In this document: positions 34,437 through 42,748 of the stretch, in pieces
Numbering within the stretch: position 1 is the first letter of the stretch
How the letters are laid out: every line of letters starts with the position of its first letter
Source: Nitrospinales bacterium
GTDB lineage: Bacteria > Nitrospinota > Nitrospinia > Nitrospinales > VA-1
Direction: 5' to 3'
Assembly: GCA_965223345.1 (NCBI GenBank)
Contig: CBDCWG010000012.1
Coordinates: 1,888,001-1,952,000, forward strand
DNA length: 64,000 nucleotides
Notes under the pieces: model-generated
What the model was told of the DNA's origin: nothing
What the model saw: the letters and a program-made list of their open reading frames with translations, nothing else
Database searches by the model: none
Position numbers and translations under genes: made by a program

Positions 34437-35063
34437 TCAGAGCTTGCTCATAATTTGTTGTGCCAGAGCCTGCGACTTCTCCAGAGCGATTTTCTGATTT
34501 TCCATTCCGTTCAACGTGATATGCAAATGATAATGTTTGTTCCAATAGACAAAAATTGCGAATGATTTCGGCGAGGTCACCTGAATCGTAAGATCTCCCG
34601 GCCCGGAAATCTCCTTTGTTACCATTTGCATTTCTTCAAACTCTTTTTTCTGTCTGTCATCAAACGCATCTTTAGCATCAGTGGGGTTTTCTTTATTACC
34701 GGCATAGGAAATCATTAAAAATACGGATTTGTAGAGTCCGGATTCCTTGCCTGAAATGGCGCAATGAGATTTTTTGTTGTTTTCGGTATTGTAACTTTGA
34801 AGCAGCTTGTCTGTGGCGCGGTTTGGTTCACCAGGGGGCTCGCCCAGGAGCGCTGCAAGATCCGTTTCGGCCAGCAACGCACAGGCATCGAAGTTCACTT
34901 TTGAGGCCGCCGGGCTCGCCGCTGATTTTGCCTGCGAGCCGTCCTCGGATTTGCCGCAGGCGGCAAGAGGGATGCCCATGAGCAGGAAAGCCAGCGTCAG
35001 GGCTAAAGGAGTGGAGATGCGCCGGAACGAACCGGGACTTTTTCTACGGTCGAATGATTGCAT
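34437..35063 (-). CDS. Hypothetical lipoprotein, paralogue 2
   Basis: LAAC lipobox; DACALL motif shared with the neighbouring gene. Confidence 0.8.
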   Translation of the reverse strand: MQSFDRRKSPGSFRRISTPLALTLAFLLMGIPLAACGKSEDGSQAKSAASPAASKVNFDACALLAETDLAALLGEPPGEPNRATDKLLQSYNTENNKKSHCAISGKESGLYKSVFLMISYAGNKENPTDAKDAFDDRQKKEFEEMQMVTKEISGPGDLTIQVTSPKSFAIFVYWNKHYHLHITLNGMENQKIALEKSQALAQQIMSKL

Positions 35064-35099
35064 GCGGTTTGAATCCTCTGTGGCGTTTAAATTCGGTTG

Positions 35100-35711
35100 C
35101 TAGATTTTGCTCAGGACGTGCCGGGCGATCGTTTTGGCGGCTTCAAAAGCTTTGGCTTCGTCCTCCATTCCCATGATCTGGGCGTTCAGCTGATAGTGTT
35201 TTTTCCAGAACACCCAGAGCTGAAACGATCCCGGCATCTGGACCTTGACCGCCACATCCCCGATTCCAGAGATTTCTTCCGCTTTGATCTCGAACTCCTG
35301 GGCCAGCTTTGTTTGGCTGTCCACGAAGGCGGCGCCGTTGACAGGGTTTTCCTGGTTGGCCACGTGCTTGAGCATCAACGTCGCCCCTTTGTAGATCGAA
35401 CTTTTCGCCGAAAAGCTACAATGGGCGATGGTGACGCCGGCCGCTTTGGTTTTTTGCAACAGATCGTGCGTGGTCCGCTCCGCCTCGCCGACCGCCTCAC
35501 CCAGCAGCGCTGCGGGGTCCGCCCCGGCCAGCAACCCACAGGCATCCAATTTGACATTGGTTGTCGCCGCCGATTTTGTCTGCGAGCCGTCCTCGGATTT
35601 GCCGCAGGCGGCAAGCAAAAGACCTGTCAGCAAGCAGGCCATCGTCAGAGCCAAAGGGGGAAGGGGGGATCCAAACGAACGGGAACGTTTATTAGAGATA
35701 GCTGGTTTCAT
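35100..35711 (-). CDS. Hypothetical lipoprotein, paralogue 1
   Basis: LAAC lipobox; DACGLL motif. Start uncertain. Confidence 0.8.
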   Translation of the reverse strand: MKPAISNKRSRSFGSPLPPLALTMACLLTGLLLAACGKSEDGSQTKSAATTNVKLDACGLLAGADPAALLGEAVGEAERTTHDLLQKTKAAGVTIAHCSFSAKSSIYKGATLMLKHVANQENPVNGAAFVDSQTKLAQEFEIKAEEISGIGDVAVKVQMPGSFQLWVFWKKHYQLNAQIMGMEDEAKAFEAAKTIARHVLSKI

Positions 35712-35716
35712 CGGTT

Positions 35717-35953
35717 TCAATCTTTTGCCCATGCGGGCATGGCGTTCATGTAGTGTCTGGCGCGCGCCAGCGCCTTCCCGTCGTTCAGATCCGGTTGCCA
35801 GGTCTTGAACCAATCGACGATGCTCTTTTCCACGTCACTGCGGGATTTCAGGTTTCCCTTGTCATCCGTGCAGTATTTGCAGTGGTTTTCGCTGGGGCCT
35901 TTGAAATTCGGCATGGCAAGCGGGGCGGCACAGGAGTGACAGAATGTGTCCAC
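35717..35953 (-). CDS. Small zinc-ribbon domain protein
   Basis: FCHSCAAPL...CKYC...MPAW pattern; AAAGGA RBS. Confidence 0.8.
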   Translation of the reverse strand: MDTFCHSCAAPLAMPNFKGPSENHCKYCTDDKGNLKSRSDVEKSIVDWFKTWQPDLNDGKALARARHYMNAMPAWAKD

Positions 35954-36146
35954 GGTCGCGTTCCTTTCTCATACCAGCTCGATTTTGATATTCAAATCGG
36001 AACAAAACCCACGCAGACGGTTCGTATCATGAATTTTCGCATGATTGTAAGACGTCCCGGAGTGGAAATTATTCCGCAAAAGGGTGCGGTTTCCCGCCGC
36101 GCGGGGTTCCCCGGCAGCGTCGCGATTCCTGAGGACGTGTTTTCAA

Positions 36147-37136
36147 TCATTTGGGTTTCACGCCGGTGAGGACGCCGGTGGGGATGGCCTGCACGCGGAA
36201 ATGGCGGATGTCGGTGATGCCCGCGCTCTCCAGCCACTGCGTTTTTTCCTGCACCGGATGCGCGCGGCCGCCCTCGGTGAGCATGCCCATGTTCAGGTTG
36301 AACAGGGCATCTTCCGTTGGCGCGGTGTCGCCCTCGTCGGTGCAGAAACCGTGGATGACGACGCGGCCGCCCGGCTCCAGCGCCCGCACCGCCTTTTCGA
36401 TCAGCGCCTGACCCGCATCGGGCGGGTACATGTGCAGCACGTTGGCCAGGAGCACCAGGTCGTAGCCGCCGCCGAAATCGTCCTTGTTGAAATCGCCCGG
36501 TTTCGTGTCCACCCGGTCCTGCAGCCCGTAGCGCTCGATATACAGCTCGGCCACCTTCAGCACGGGAGGGATGTCGAACACCGTGGCGCGCAGGTGGTCG
36601 TGCAATTTCGCCCATTCGAGCGCATAGGTGCCCGGCCCGCCGCCCACATCGAGCATCTTCGTGGCCTCGCCGATGGGCAGCTCGCGCGCCAGGAGCCAGG
36701 TGGCCTTGAGGCCCTTGTCGTGCATGGCGTCGATGAAGGCGCGCATGTTGTGCGGGTCGTTGCCCAGCATGTCCATGATGCTTTTGACTATGTTGCCGTA
36801 GCGGATGAAATCCGGCAGCTGGCCCCACACCGGCTGCAGGTCCATCGAGAGCTGGATCCACTGCTGCATCGAGTGGTCGCCGTCCTTGCACAGGTAGCTC
36901 TGCCAGTCCGCCGGCAGGTGAAACTTGTGGTGCTCCTTGCTGACGATGCCGAGGGCCACCAGCGCGTTGAGCAGCCGTTCGGTGCCCTTGACGGACAGGC
37001 CCAGCTTGTCCGCCACCGCTTCCGCCGAAATGGGCGCTTTGAGCTCGTCGAAGATTTTGAGGTGGTTCGCCGTCATGAGGACGCAGGCCGGCTGGTAGCC
37101 GTGCAGCATCGTGCCGATCGTTTTTTCGATTTCCAT
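36147..37136 (-). CDS. O-methyltransferase (dimerisation domain + Methyltransf_2)
   Basis: wHTH-like N-terminus, LDVGGGPG, GDF, ANVLH, LEPGG. Confidence 0.9.
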   Translation of the reverse strand: MEIEKTIGTMLHGYQPACVLMTANHLKIFDELKAPISAEAVADKLGLSVKGTERLLNALVALGIVSKEHHKFHLPADWQSYLCKDGDHSMQQWIQLSMDLQPVWGQLPDFIRYGNIVKSIMDMLGNDPHNMRAFIDAMHDKGLKATWLLARELPIGEATKMLDVGGGPGTYALEWAKLHDHLRATVFDIPPVLKVAELYIERYGLQDRVDTKPGDFNKDDFGGGYDLVLLANVLHMYPPDAGQALIEKAVRALEPGGRVVIHGFCTDEGDTAPTEDALFNLNMGMLTEGGRAHPVQEKTQWLESAGITDIRHFRVQAIPTGVLTGVKPK

Positions 37137-37272
37137 AACGCTTTCCTGATAAGGGGTTGTGGGTGTGGGACTATTGTATCAGCGCCGCCCCGGCGTGGGG
37201 GAAGGAATTTTATTCCTTACAATTGGTAAAAATCTGGGGAAAGTTGGGGGGAGGGGAAAAGGCCAGGGGGGA

Positions 37273-37695
37273 ACCGCAAAGACGCAAAGAACGCAAAGGA
37301 AGAGAAGAAAAAAACAACCGTTTCAAAATTGACTGAATTAAAAAAAATACACATAAGTAAATAATAATAAGATGGCACAAAGAAAAATATAAACAATCTT
37401 AGATTCTTTTATTTTTAACCAGTTATTGAATTTAAAGCACAGATATCCAACGACTGAAAAAAATAATAATGCGCTTAAGGGTCTAAAAGCGCTGTTTACA
37501 GCATCAAATTGCTTAAATAAGAGGGTGTTGAGATTTACCGAGGCCAATCCAAAAAATATCAAATACAAGCAACTCGTTAATGCTCTAAGGCGGATATACG
37601 GTTTTCTAAATGAGAAGACTACTCGGCTATCTTTTTTTTCATGTTATTATTTTAGGCCATCGAATAACAACGTCGTCCTTTGCGTTCTTTGCGGT
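37273..37695. mobile_element. Inverted-repeat-bounded AT-rich cassette
   Basis: ACCGCAAAGACGCAAAGAACGCAAAGGA (37273-37300) and TCCTTTGCGTTCTTTGCGGT (37676-37695) share an 18-bp perfect inverted match; interior is AT-rich. Confidence 0.6.
37338..37642 (-). pseudogene. AT-rich small membrane protein, frameshifted in an A8 tract just after the ATG
   Basis: ATG at 37642-37640 is out of frame with the hydrophobic ORF ending at 37338; one extra A restores MKKKDSRVVFSF... Confidence 0.5.
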
Positions 37696-37706
37696 GAAAA
37701 GGGTTT

Positions 37707-37760
37707 TCACCGATTCTGCGACTTCATAGGCTTATCGATCTCGCGTTCGACCTCGTGTTT
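37707..37760 (-). repeat. Diverged duplicate of the smpB 3' end
   Basis: Encodes KHEVEREIDKPMKSQNR* versus SmpB KREADREIDKAMKSRNR*. Confidence 0.8.
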
Positions 37761-37819
37761 TTCATGAAGGCATGGGCGTATCTGGAGTATATTGCTGCAA
37801 TCGGGCTGATGTTCAGGAC

Positions 37820-38347
37820 ATGATCGAAAAAATTGAAATCCGCGAGAACTTGCCGAGTGATCTCGCCTTGATCGAGAAGCTGTATTCGGACGCGTTCCCT
37901 GACGAGGATTTGCTGCCTCTGGTGATCGAGCTGTTGCAGGAAGCCCCTATTGTGCTTTCGCTCGTCGCGATGACCGGTGCGTCTCTCGCAGGACACGTAC
38001 TCTTCACGAAATGCAGCATTGCCGAAACTACGGACCGGGTTGCGCTTCTGGGGCCGCTCGCCGTTGCGCCCGCCTGGCAGAGGCAGGGGGTCGGCCGTGC
38101 GATTGTCCGCGCGGGCTTAGAACGGCTGAAAAATGCCGGTGTGACCCAGGTCTACGTGCTTGGCGACCCGGCCTATTACGGGGGTCTGGGGTTTGTGCCT
38201 GAGACTGGCGTTGCGCCACCGTATCCCTTGCCGGAGGAATGGCGCGGGGCATGGCAAACGATTATCCTGCACCCTGCCGAGTCGCCTCGCCGGGGCACAC
38301 TTTGCGTGCCGCAGCCCTGGCAGCAACCGAAGCTGTGGGCGCCTTGA
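37820..38347 (+). CDS. GNAT family N-acetyltransferase (YhbS-like)
   Basis: LLGPLAVAPAWQRQGVG, VLGDPAYYGGLGF. Confidence 0.92.
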   Translation: MIEKIEIRENLPSDLALIEKLYSDAFPDEDLLPLVIELLQEAPIVLSLVAMTGASLAGHVLFTKCSIAETTDRVALLGPLAVAPAWQRQGVGRAIVRAGLERLKNAGVTQVYVLGDPAYYGGLGFVPETGVAPPYPLPEEWRGAWQTIILHPAESPRRGTLCVPQPWQQPKLWAP

Positions 38348-38380
38348 TCCTGGATCAAGGCCGTTTGCACAAAAAGGGAT

Positions 38381-38839
38381 CTATCGGTTTCTGGATTTCA
38401 TGGCTTTGTCGATCTCGCGGTCGGCTTCGCGTTTTTTGATGGTGGCGCGTTTGTCGTGCAGCTTTTTGGCTTTCGCCAGGGAGAGTTCGAGCTTGGCTTT
38501 GCCGTCCTTGAAGTACATCTTGAGGGGGATCAGGTTGTAGCCCTTTTCCTGGGATTTGCCGATCAGCCGGTTGATCTCGCGTTTGTTGAGTAGCAGCTTG
38601 CGCTTGCGCAGCGGGTGGTGGCTGAACTGGCTGGCTGGGGAGTAGGGGTTGATGTGGCAGTTGTGCAGCCAGATCTCGCCGCGCTCGACGGTGGCGTAGC
38701 TGTCGAGCATATTGGCCTTGCCCTCGCGCAGCGATTTCACTTCGCTGCCCTTGAGCACAATCCCGGCTTCCAGGCTCTCTTCGATGAAGTAGTTGTGCCG
38801 GGCTTTCTTGTTCTGGCAGATGATTTTGATTCCGTCCAT
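38381..38839 (-). CDS. smpB: SsrA-binding protein
   Basis: NKKARHNY, EAGIVLKGSEVKSLR, RKLLL, KKLHDKR. Confidence 0.98.
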   Translation of the reverse strand: MDGIKIICQNKKARHNYFIEESLEAGIVLKGSEVKSLREGKANMLDSYATVERGEIWLHNCHINPYSPASQFSHHPLRKRKLLLNKREINRLIGKSQEKGYNLIPLKMYFKDGKAKLELSLAKAKKLHDKRATIKKREADREIDKAMKSRNR

Positions 38840-38855
38840 GGATAAAAGAATATTA

Positions 38856-39281
38856 GACAGGATTAACAGGATGTCTTTAAATCTTTCACTTTTCTTTTGA
38901 TTTCGACTTTTTCTTCCCCGAAATTGATCAAAAGTCCCACTTGTTTTCCCGTTGCAGCCAGATAATTGACCAACTGGACTTCATGTGCCTGGGAGACACT
39001 TTTTACAGATTTTAATTCGATTAAAATAGAATCGTTGACCAACAGATCCACCACGAAATTTCCAACAGGTGTGTTTTCGTAGAAAACGGTTATAGGCTTT
39101 TGAGCTTCAATATTCAAACCCTGTTTTTCAAGTTCGAGAATTAGGCATTTTTCGTAGACGGATTCCAGAAAGCCAAATCCCATTTTGTTGTAAACCCGAT
39201 ACGCGCAACCGATGATTTTTTCTCTTATTTCTTTGAATTCCATGGTTTTGAAGTTATCGGATTGTATCCTGTTATCCTGTC
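38856..39281. mobile_element. GxxExxY cassette bounded by inverted repeats
   Basis: GACAGGATTAACAGGAT (38856-38872) and ATCCTGTTATCCTGTC (39266-39281) flank an AT-rich nuclease gene. Confidence 0.6.
38863..39243 (-). CDS. GxxExxY protein (PD-(D/E)XK nuclease fold)
   Basis: GFLESVY, DLLV...IELK, QLVNYL, GLLINFG. Confidence 0.95.
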   Translation of the reverse strand: MEFKEIREKIIGCAYRVYNKMGFGFLESVYEKCLILELEKQGLNIEAQKPITVFYENTPVGNFVVDLLVNDSILIELKSVKSVSQAHEVQLVNYLAATGKQVGLLINFGEEKVEIKRKVKDLKTSC

Positions 39282-40063
39282 CGGGTTTTTAGCTTCAGGG
39301 TCACACGGGTGCCCACTTTGGCTTTGAGTTTCTTCGCGGCGCTGGTTTCGCGGCAGAAGATTTCGACCGCATCCCAGCTGTTGATCAGCCAGCCGGGTTC
39401 CCCCTTTTTGCAGGCCGCGTAATTCGGGAACGGACCGGCGATTTCGCGCTCACTCAATAAAACCTTATATTTTTCAATATCTTGCGGGCTGTTTCCGAGG
39501 GCGTCGCCTTTAAGGTTGCTCATGAGGTTGCCGAACCGGTCTATGTGCACGATCTCCCCGCGTAGGCCGGTCTGAGTTTTTTCCGCCAGCGGCAGGGTGA
39601 GCGTGACCGGATCGCTGATTTTTTTTCCCATCTGGGCCAGAGAGGTTCCTCTCGCGATCCAGGCGGCGACGGGGGCGAAAACGTCCCGGCCGTGGAAGGT
39701 TGCGGACACTTTTTTGAGGAAATATTTCCGGTTGCCGAGGGCGACCACGCGGCTGCGCGGGCCGAGAACCGGCGTCAGCACGCCGTTGTCGGGTGCGACG
39801 AAAAACGCGCCGCCTGATTTTACGGCCAGCGCGCGCCGCTCGCTGCCGACGCCGGGATCGACGACGACGCAGTGCACGGTGCCTTCCGGGAACCAGGGAT
39901 GCGCCGCTTCCAGAACGTGTGCGGCCTGCAGGACGTTTCCGGGTTCGACGGCGTGGCTGATATCGACGAGGCGCGCCTCCGGTGCGATGCCCAGAATGAT
40001 GCCTTTCAGGATGCCGACGAACGGGTCGTCGAGGCCGAAATCGGTGGTCAGGGTGATGATCAT
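39272..40063 (-). CDS. SAM hydroxide adenosyltransferase / chlorinase-fluorinase family (DUF62)
   Basis: ITLTTDFG, VVDPGVG, APDNG, TFHGRDVFAP, HIDRFGN. Confidence 0.93.
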   Translation of the reverse strand: MIITLTTDFGLDDPFVGILKGIILGIAPEARLVDISHAVEPGNVLQAAHVLEAAHPWFPEGTVHCVVVDPGVGSERRALAVKSGGAFFVAPDNGVLTPVLGPRSRVVALGNRKYFLKKVSATFHGRDVFAPVAAWIARGTSLAQMGKKISDPVTLTLPLAEKTQTGLRGEIVHIDRFGNLMSNLKGDALGNSPQDIEKYKVLLSEREIAGPFPNYAACKKGEPGWLINSWDAVEIFCRETSAAKKLKAKVGTRVTLKLKTRTG

Positions 40064-40135
40064 GCTTCCAGTTTAAAGGAAGGACGGCTTTGGGGCCAAC
40101 CCTTGTTGGGAGGCAACCCCTGTTGCGATAGAGGT

Positions 40136-41455
40136 TTACGCGAGGGTTGCGGAAACCTGCCCGGGCGAGACGCTCTCGATGCGGACGGGCACCAGGCGGT
40201 TTTTCAAGCGGTCTGCGCCCTCGAGGGCGACGGGGATGTAGTGTTCGGTGTGGCCCTTGAGCCGCCCCTGGGCGTCGTTCTGGTTTTCCAGCAGTACGGT
40301 CGCGGTGCGTCCGACGAAGCGCCGGCGAAAGCGCAGGGATTTTTCCTGCGCCAGCTCGGTGAGGATGCGGTTTCTCTCCTTTTTGACGGCTTTGGGCAGG
40401 TTGTCCTTGAAGCCGTGGGCTTCGGTGCCGCGGCGCGGCGAATAGGTGAACACGTGCAGGTAGGAGAACGGCAGCGCCTCGATCAGGCGGCGCGTGTTCT
40501 CAAAGTGGGCGTCGCTCTCGCCGGGAAAGCCGACGATGACATCGGCCCCCAGGGCCAGATCCGGGATCGCATCGAGCGCCTGCCGGGTGACGTCGAGATA
40601 CTGGGCCGCATTGTAGTTGCGCCGCATGCGCGCGAGCACCGCATCGTCGCCGCTTTGCAGCGGGATGTGGAAATGCGGGCAGAGGTTTTCGTGGTCTGCC
40701 ATCAGCGCGATCAGGTCCCGGTCGATCTCCATCGGGTTGATGGAGCTGATCCGCACGCGAAAATCGCCTTTCAGCCGAAGGATGTCGCGCACCAGCGAGG
40801 AGAAGGTTTCCCGCGGCGCGAGGTCCATGCCCCAGGTTCCCAGGTTGATGCCAGTGAGGGTGATCTCCTGGAAGCCGGAGGCGATGGCTTCTTTCACGTT
40901 GTGCAGGATGTTGTCGCGGGAATCGCTGATCGAGCGGCCGCGCGCCCGCACCACGGTGCAGAAGGCGCATTTCTCCTCGCATCCCGTCTGCACCTTGATG
41001 AAGGCCTTGGTCTTGCCGAGAAACCGCGAGACGGGCAGAGTGCGGAACACGCGCTTTTTGAGGATGTCGGTCTGGTGGATTTCCGCCGCGCCGGGTTGCT
41101 TCAACGCATTGCCACCGTCGAGCCGGTTTTTTATGACCTCGGCGATCTCCAGCTTGTTGGCGTTGCCCAGCACGATGTCCAGCCCTTCGATGCGGGACGC
41201 CTCTTCGGGTTCGAGCTGGGCGTAGCAGCCGGTGAACACCACCAGCGCGTCTTCGTTGATCGCCAGGGATTTTTTGACGGCGAGCCGCGAACTGTAATCG
41301 CTGCGCTGGGTTACCGAGCAGGTATTGATGACGTAGATGTCCGCGCGGTCTTTGGCGCCGACGATGGAAAACCCTTCCTCTTCCATGAGCGCCTGCATCT
41401 CCGCCGTGTCGTGCTGGTTGGTGCGGCATCCCAATGTGGCAAATGCGACTTTCAT
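40136..41455 (-). CDS. mtaB: tRNA t6A37 methylthiotransferase
   Basis: TLGCRTNQ, NTCSVT, GCYAQ, KVQTGCEEKCAFC, C-terminal TRAM domain. Confidence 0.92.
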   Translation of the reverse strand: MKVAFATLGCRTNQHDTAEMQALMEEEGFSIVGAKDRADIYVINTCSVTQRSDYSSRLAVKKSLAINEDALVVFTGCYAQLEPEEASRIEGLDIVLGNANKLEIAEVIKNRLDGGNALKQPGAAEIHQTDILKKRVFRTLPVSRFLGKTKAFIKVQTGCEEKCAFCTVVRARGRSISDSRDNILHNVKEAIASGFQEITLTGINLGTWGMDLAPRETFSSLVRDILRLKGDFRVRISSINPMEIDRDLIALMADHENLCPHFHIPLQSGDDAVLARMRRNYNAAQYLDVTRQALDAIPDLALGADVIVGFPGESDAHFENTRRLIEALPFSYLHVFTYSPRRGTEAHGFKDNLPKAVKKERNRILTELAQEKSLRFRRRFVGRTATVLLENQNDAQGRLKGHTEHYIPVALEGADRLKNRLVPVRIESVSPGQVSATLA

Positions 41456-41591
41456 TCGTTTCCGCTGCAAAAAGGTTAAGCGGTTTGAATCAAACCGATC
41501 ACGGTCTGTCATCGTATCGTCAGCCCGTCCCAGAATCAACTTTTTTGCGGTCCGGGGGCCGGGAGGCGGGCTGTGGGAGCGGGCAGGGGGC

Positions 41592-41620
41592 TTGACCGCC
41601 CTGTGGGAGTTTGTTACCAT
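41592..41620 (+). promoter_or_regulatory. Sigma70-type promoter upstream of fis-glmU-glmS
   Basis: TTGACC, 17 nt, TGn-TACCAT. Confidence 0.6.
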
Positions 41621-41701
41621 CGCTGGCTGATTCAACCGTTAAGAAATCGCGTTCCCCTTTCCCTGCCGTTAACCGGAATCTCGATCTCTCATCCCCCCAA
41701 C

Positions 41702-41968
41702 ATGAACCGAGTCAAAAAGAAAACCACGACTTTCCTGGAGAAATGGCTGCATAAAACCATCAAGGATTACGTTTCTCACATGGAAGGCGACCAGAATGGA
41801 CAGCTGCACGATCTCATCATCGGCGGGGTGGAAAAGCCCCTGCTGGACATCGTGCTGACCGAAACCAAAGGAAATCAGACCCAGGCCGCAAATATTCTGG
41901 GAATCAACCGGAACACGTTGCGAAAAAAGATCAGCGACTATAAGATTAAATGCAAAGGAAAAGCCTAG
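41702..41968 (+). CDS. fis: Fis family DNA-binding protein
   Basis: VEKPLL...GNQTQAANILGINRNTLRKK. Confidence 0.9.
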   Translation: MNRVKKKTTTFLEKWLHKTIKDYVSHMEGDQNGQLHDLIIGGVEKPLLDIVLTETKGNQTQAANILGINRNTLRKKISDYKIKCKGKA

Positions 41969-42711
41969 CAGTCCTCGTTCTGGCGGCGGGAAAGGGGACG
42001 CGCATGAAATCCCCGCTTGCAAAGGTGCTCCAGCCTCTGGCGGAGAAACCGCTTTTGCATTACGTCCTGGAAACGGTGGATGCGCTGAAACCGGCGCGCC
42101 GGGTGGTGGTGGTCGGGTTCCAGGCGGAGGAAGTGAAGGCGCGCTTCTCCGGCCCGGAGCTGGAATACGTGGAGCAGAAAGAGCAGCTCGGCACCGGCCA
42201 TGCGGTCCTGCAGGCGGAATCCTGCCTTAAGGATTTCGACGGCGACGTGCTGATCTTATGTGGCGACATGCCGCTGATGCGGGTGGCCACCCTGAAGAAT
42301 CTGACCGAAAAACACCAGCGGACCGGGGCCGCCTGCACGGTGCTGACACTGAAGGCAAACGACGGAAAAATCAGGGATTTTGGCCGCATCGTCCGGGATT
42401 CCGAAGGCGCGGTGCTCAAAATCGTCGAAAATAAAGACGCCAGCCCGGAGGAGAAAAAGATCCAGGAATACAATTCCGGTGTATACTGTTTTAACAAAGC
42501 CTTGTTATTTAAAGCGTTATCGGGTATCGGCCGCAGCAACGCCCAGGGCGAGTATTACCTCACCGACACCGTGCAGTTCATGGTGGAAAATCGATTGCCT
42601 TTAGAGGCGGTTCAGACCGCCGATGCGGATGAGATTTTCGGCATCAATTCGAAAGAGGATCTCGACCGTGCGGAAGCGCTGCTGGCGCAGGCCGGCCCGA
42701 CTGGAAACTGA
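41950..42711 (+). CDS. glmU: GlmU N-terminal uridyltransferase domain only
   Basis: LAAGKGTRMKS, EQLGTGHAV, GDMPL, NSGVY, NAQGEYYLTD, GIN; ends before any hexapeptide repeats. Confidence 0.88.
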   Translation: MQRKSLAVLVLAAGKGTRMKSPLAKVLQPLAEKPLLHYVLETVDALKPARRVVVVGFQAEEVKARFSGPELEYVEQKEQLGTGHAVLQAESCLKDFDGDVLILCGDMPLMRVATLKNLTEKHQRTGAACTVLTLKANDGKIRDFGRIVRDSEGAVLKIVENKDASPEEKKIQEYNSGVYCFNKALLFKALSGIGRSNAQGEYYLTDTVQFMVENRLPLEAVQTADADEIFGINSKEDLDRAEALLAQAGPTGN

Positions 42712-42748
42712 ACCGACGTTTGCGTTTACCCTACGTGAGAGCTGATCT

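Noticed and set aside
37273..37300. CRISPR-like repeats
   Set aside because: Units are 8-9 bp and contiguous, with no spacers and no cas genes.
37140..38380. tmRNA (ssrA) next to smpB
   Set aside because: No tRNA-like ends or tag reading frame seen; the region is explained by the GNAT gene and the cassette.
39272..40063. Halogenase (fluorinase/chlorinase) biosynthetic cluster
   Set aside because: The context is housekeeping; the widespread DUF62 SAM hydrolase is the simpler call.
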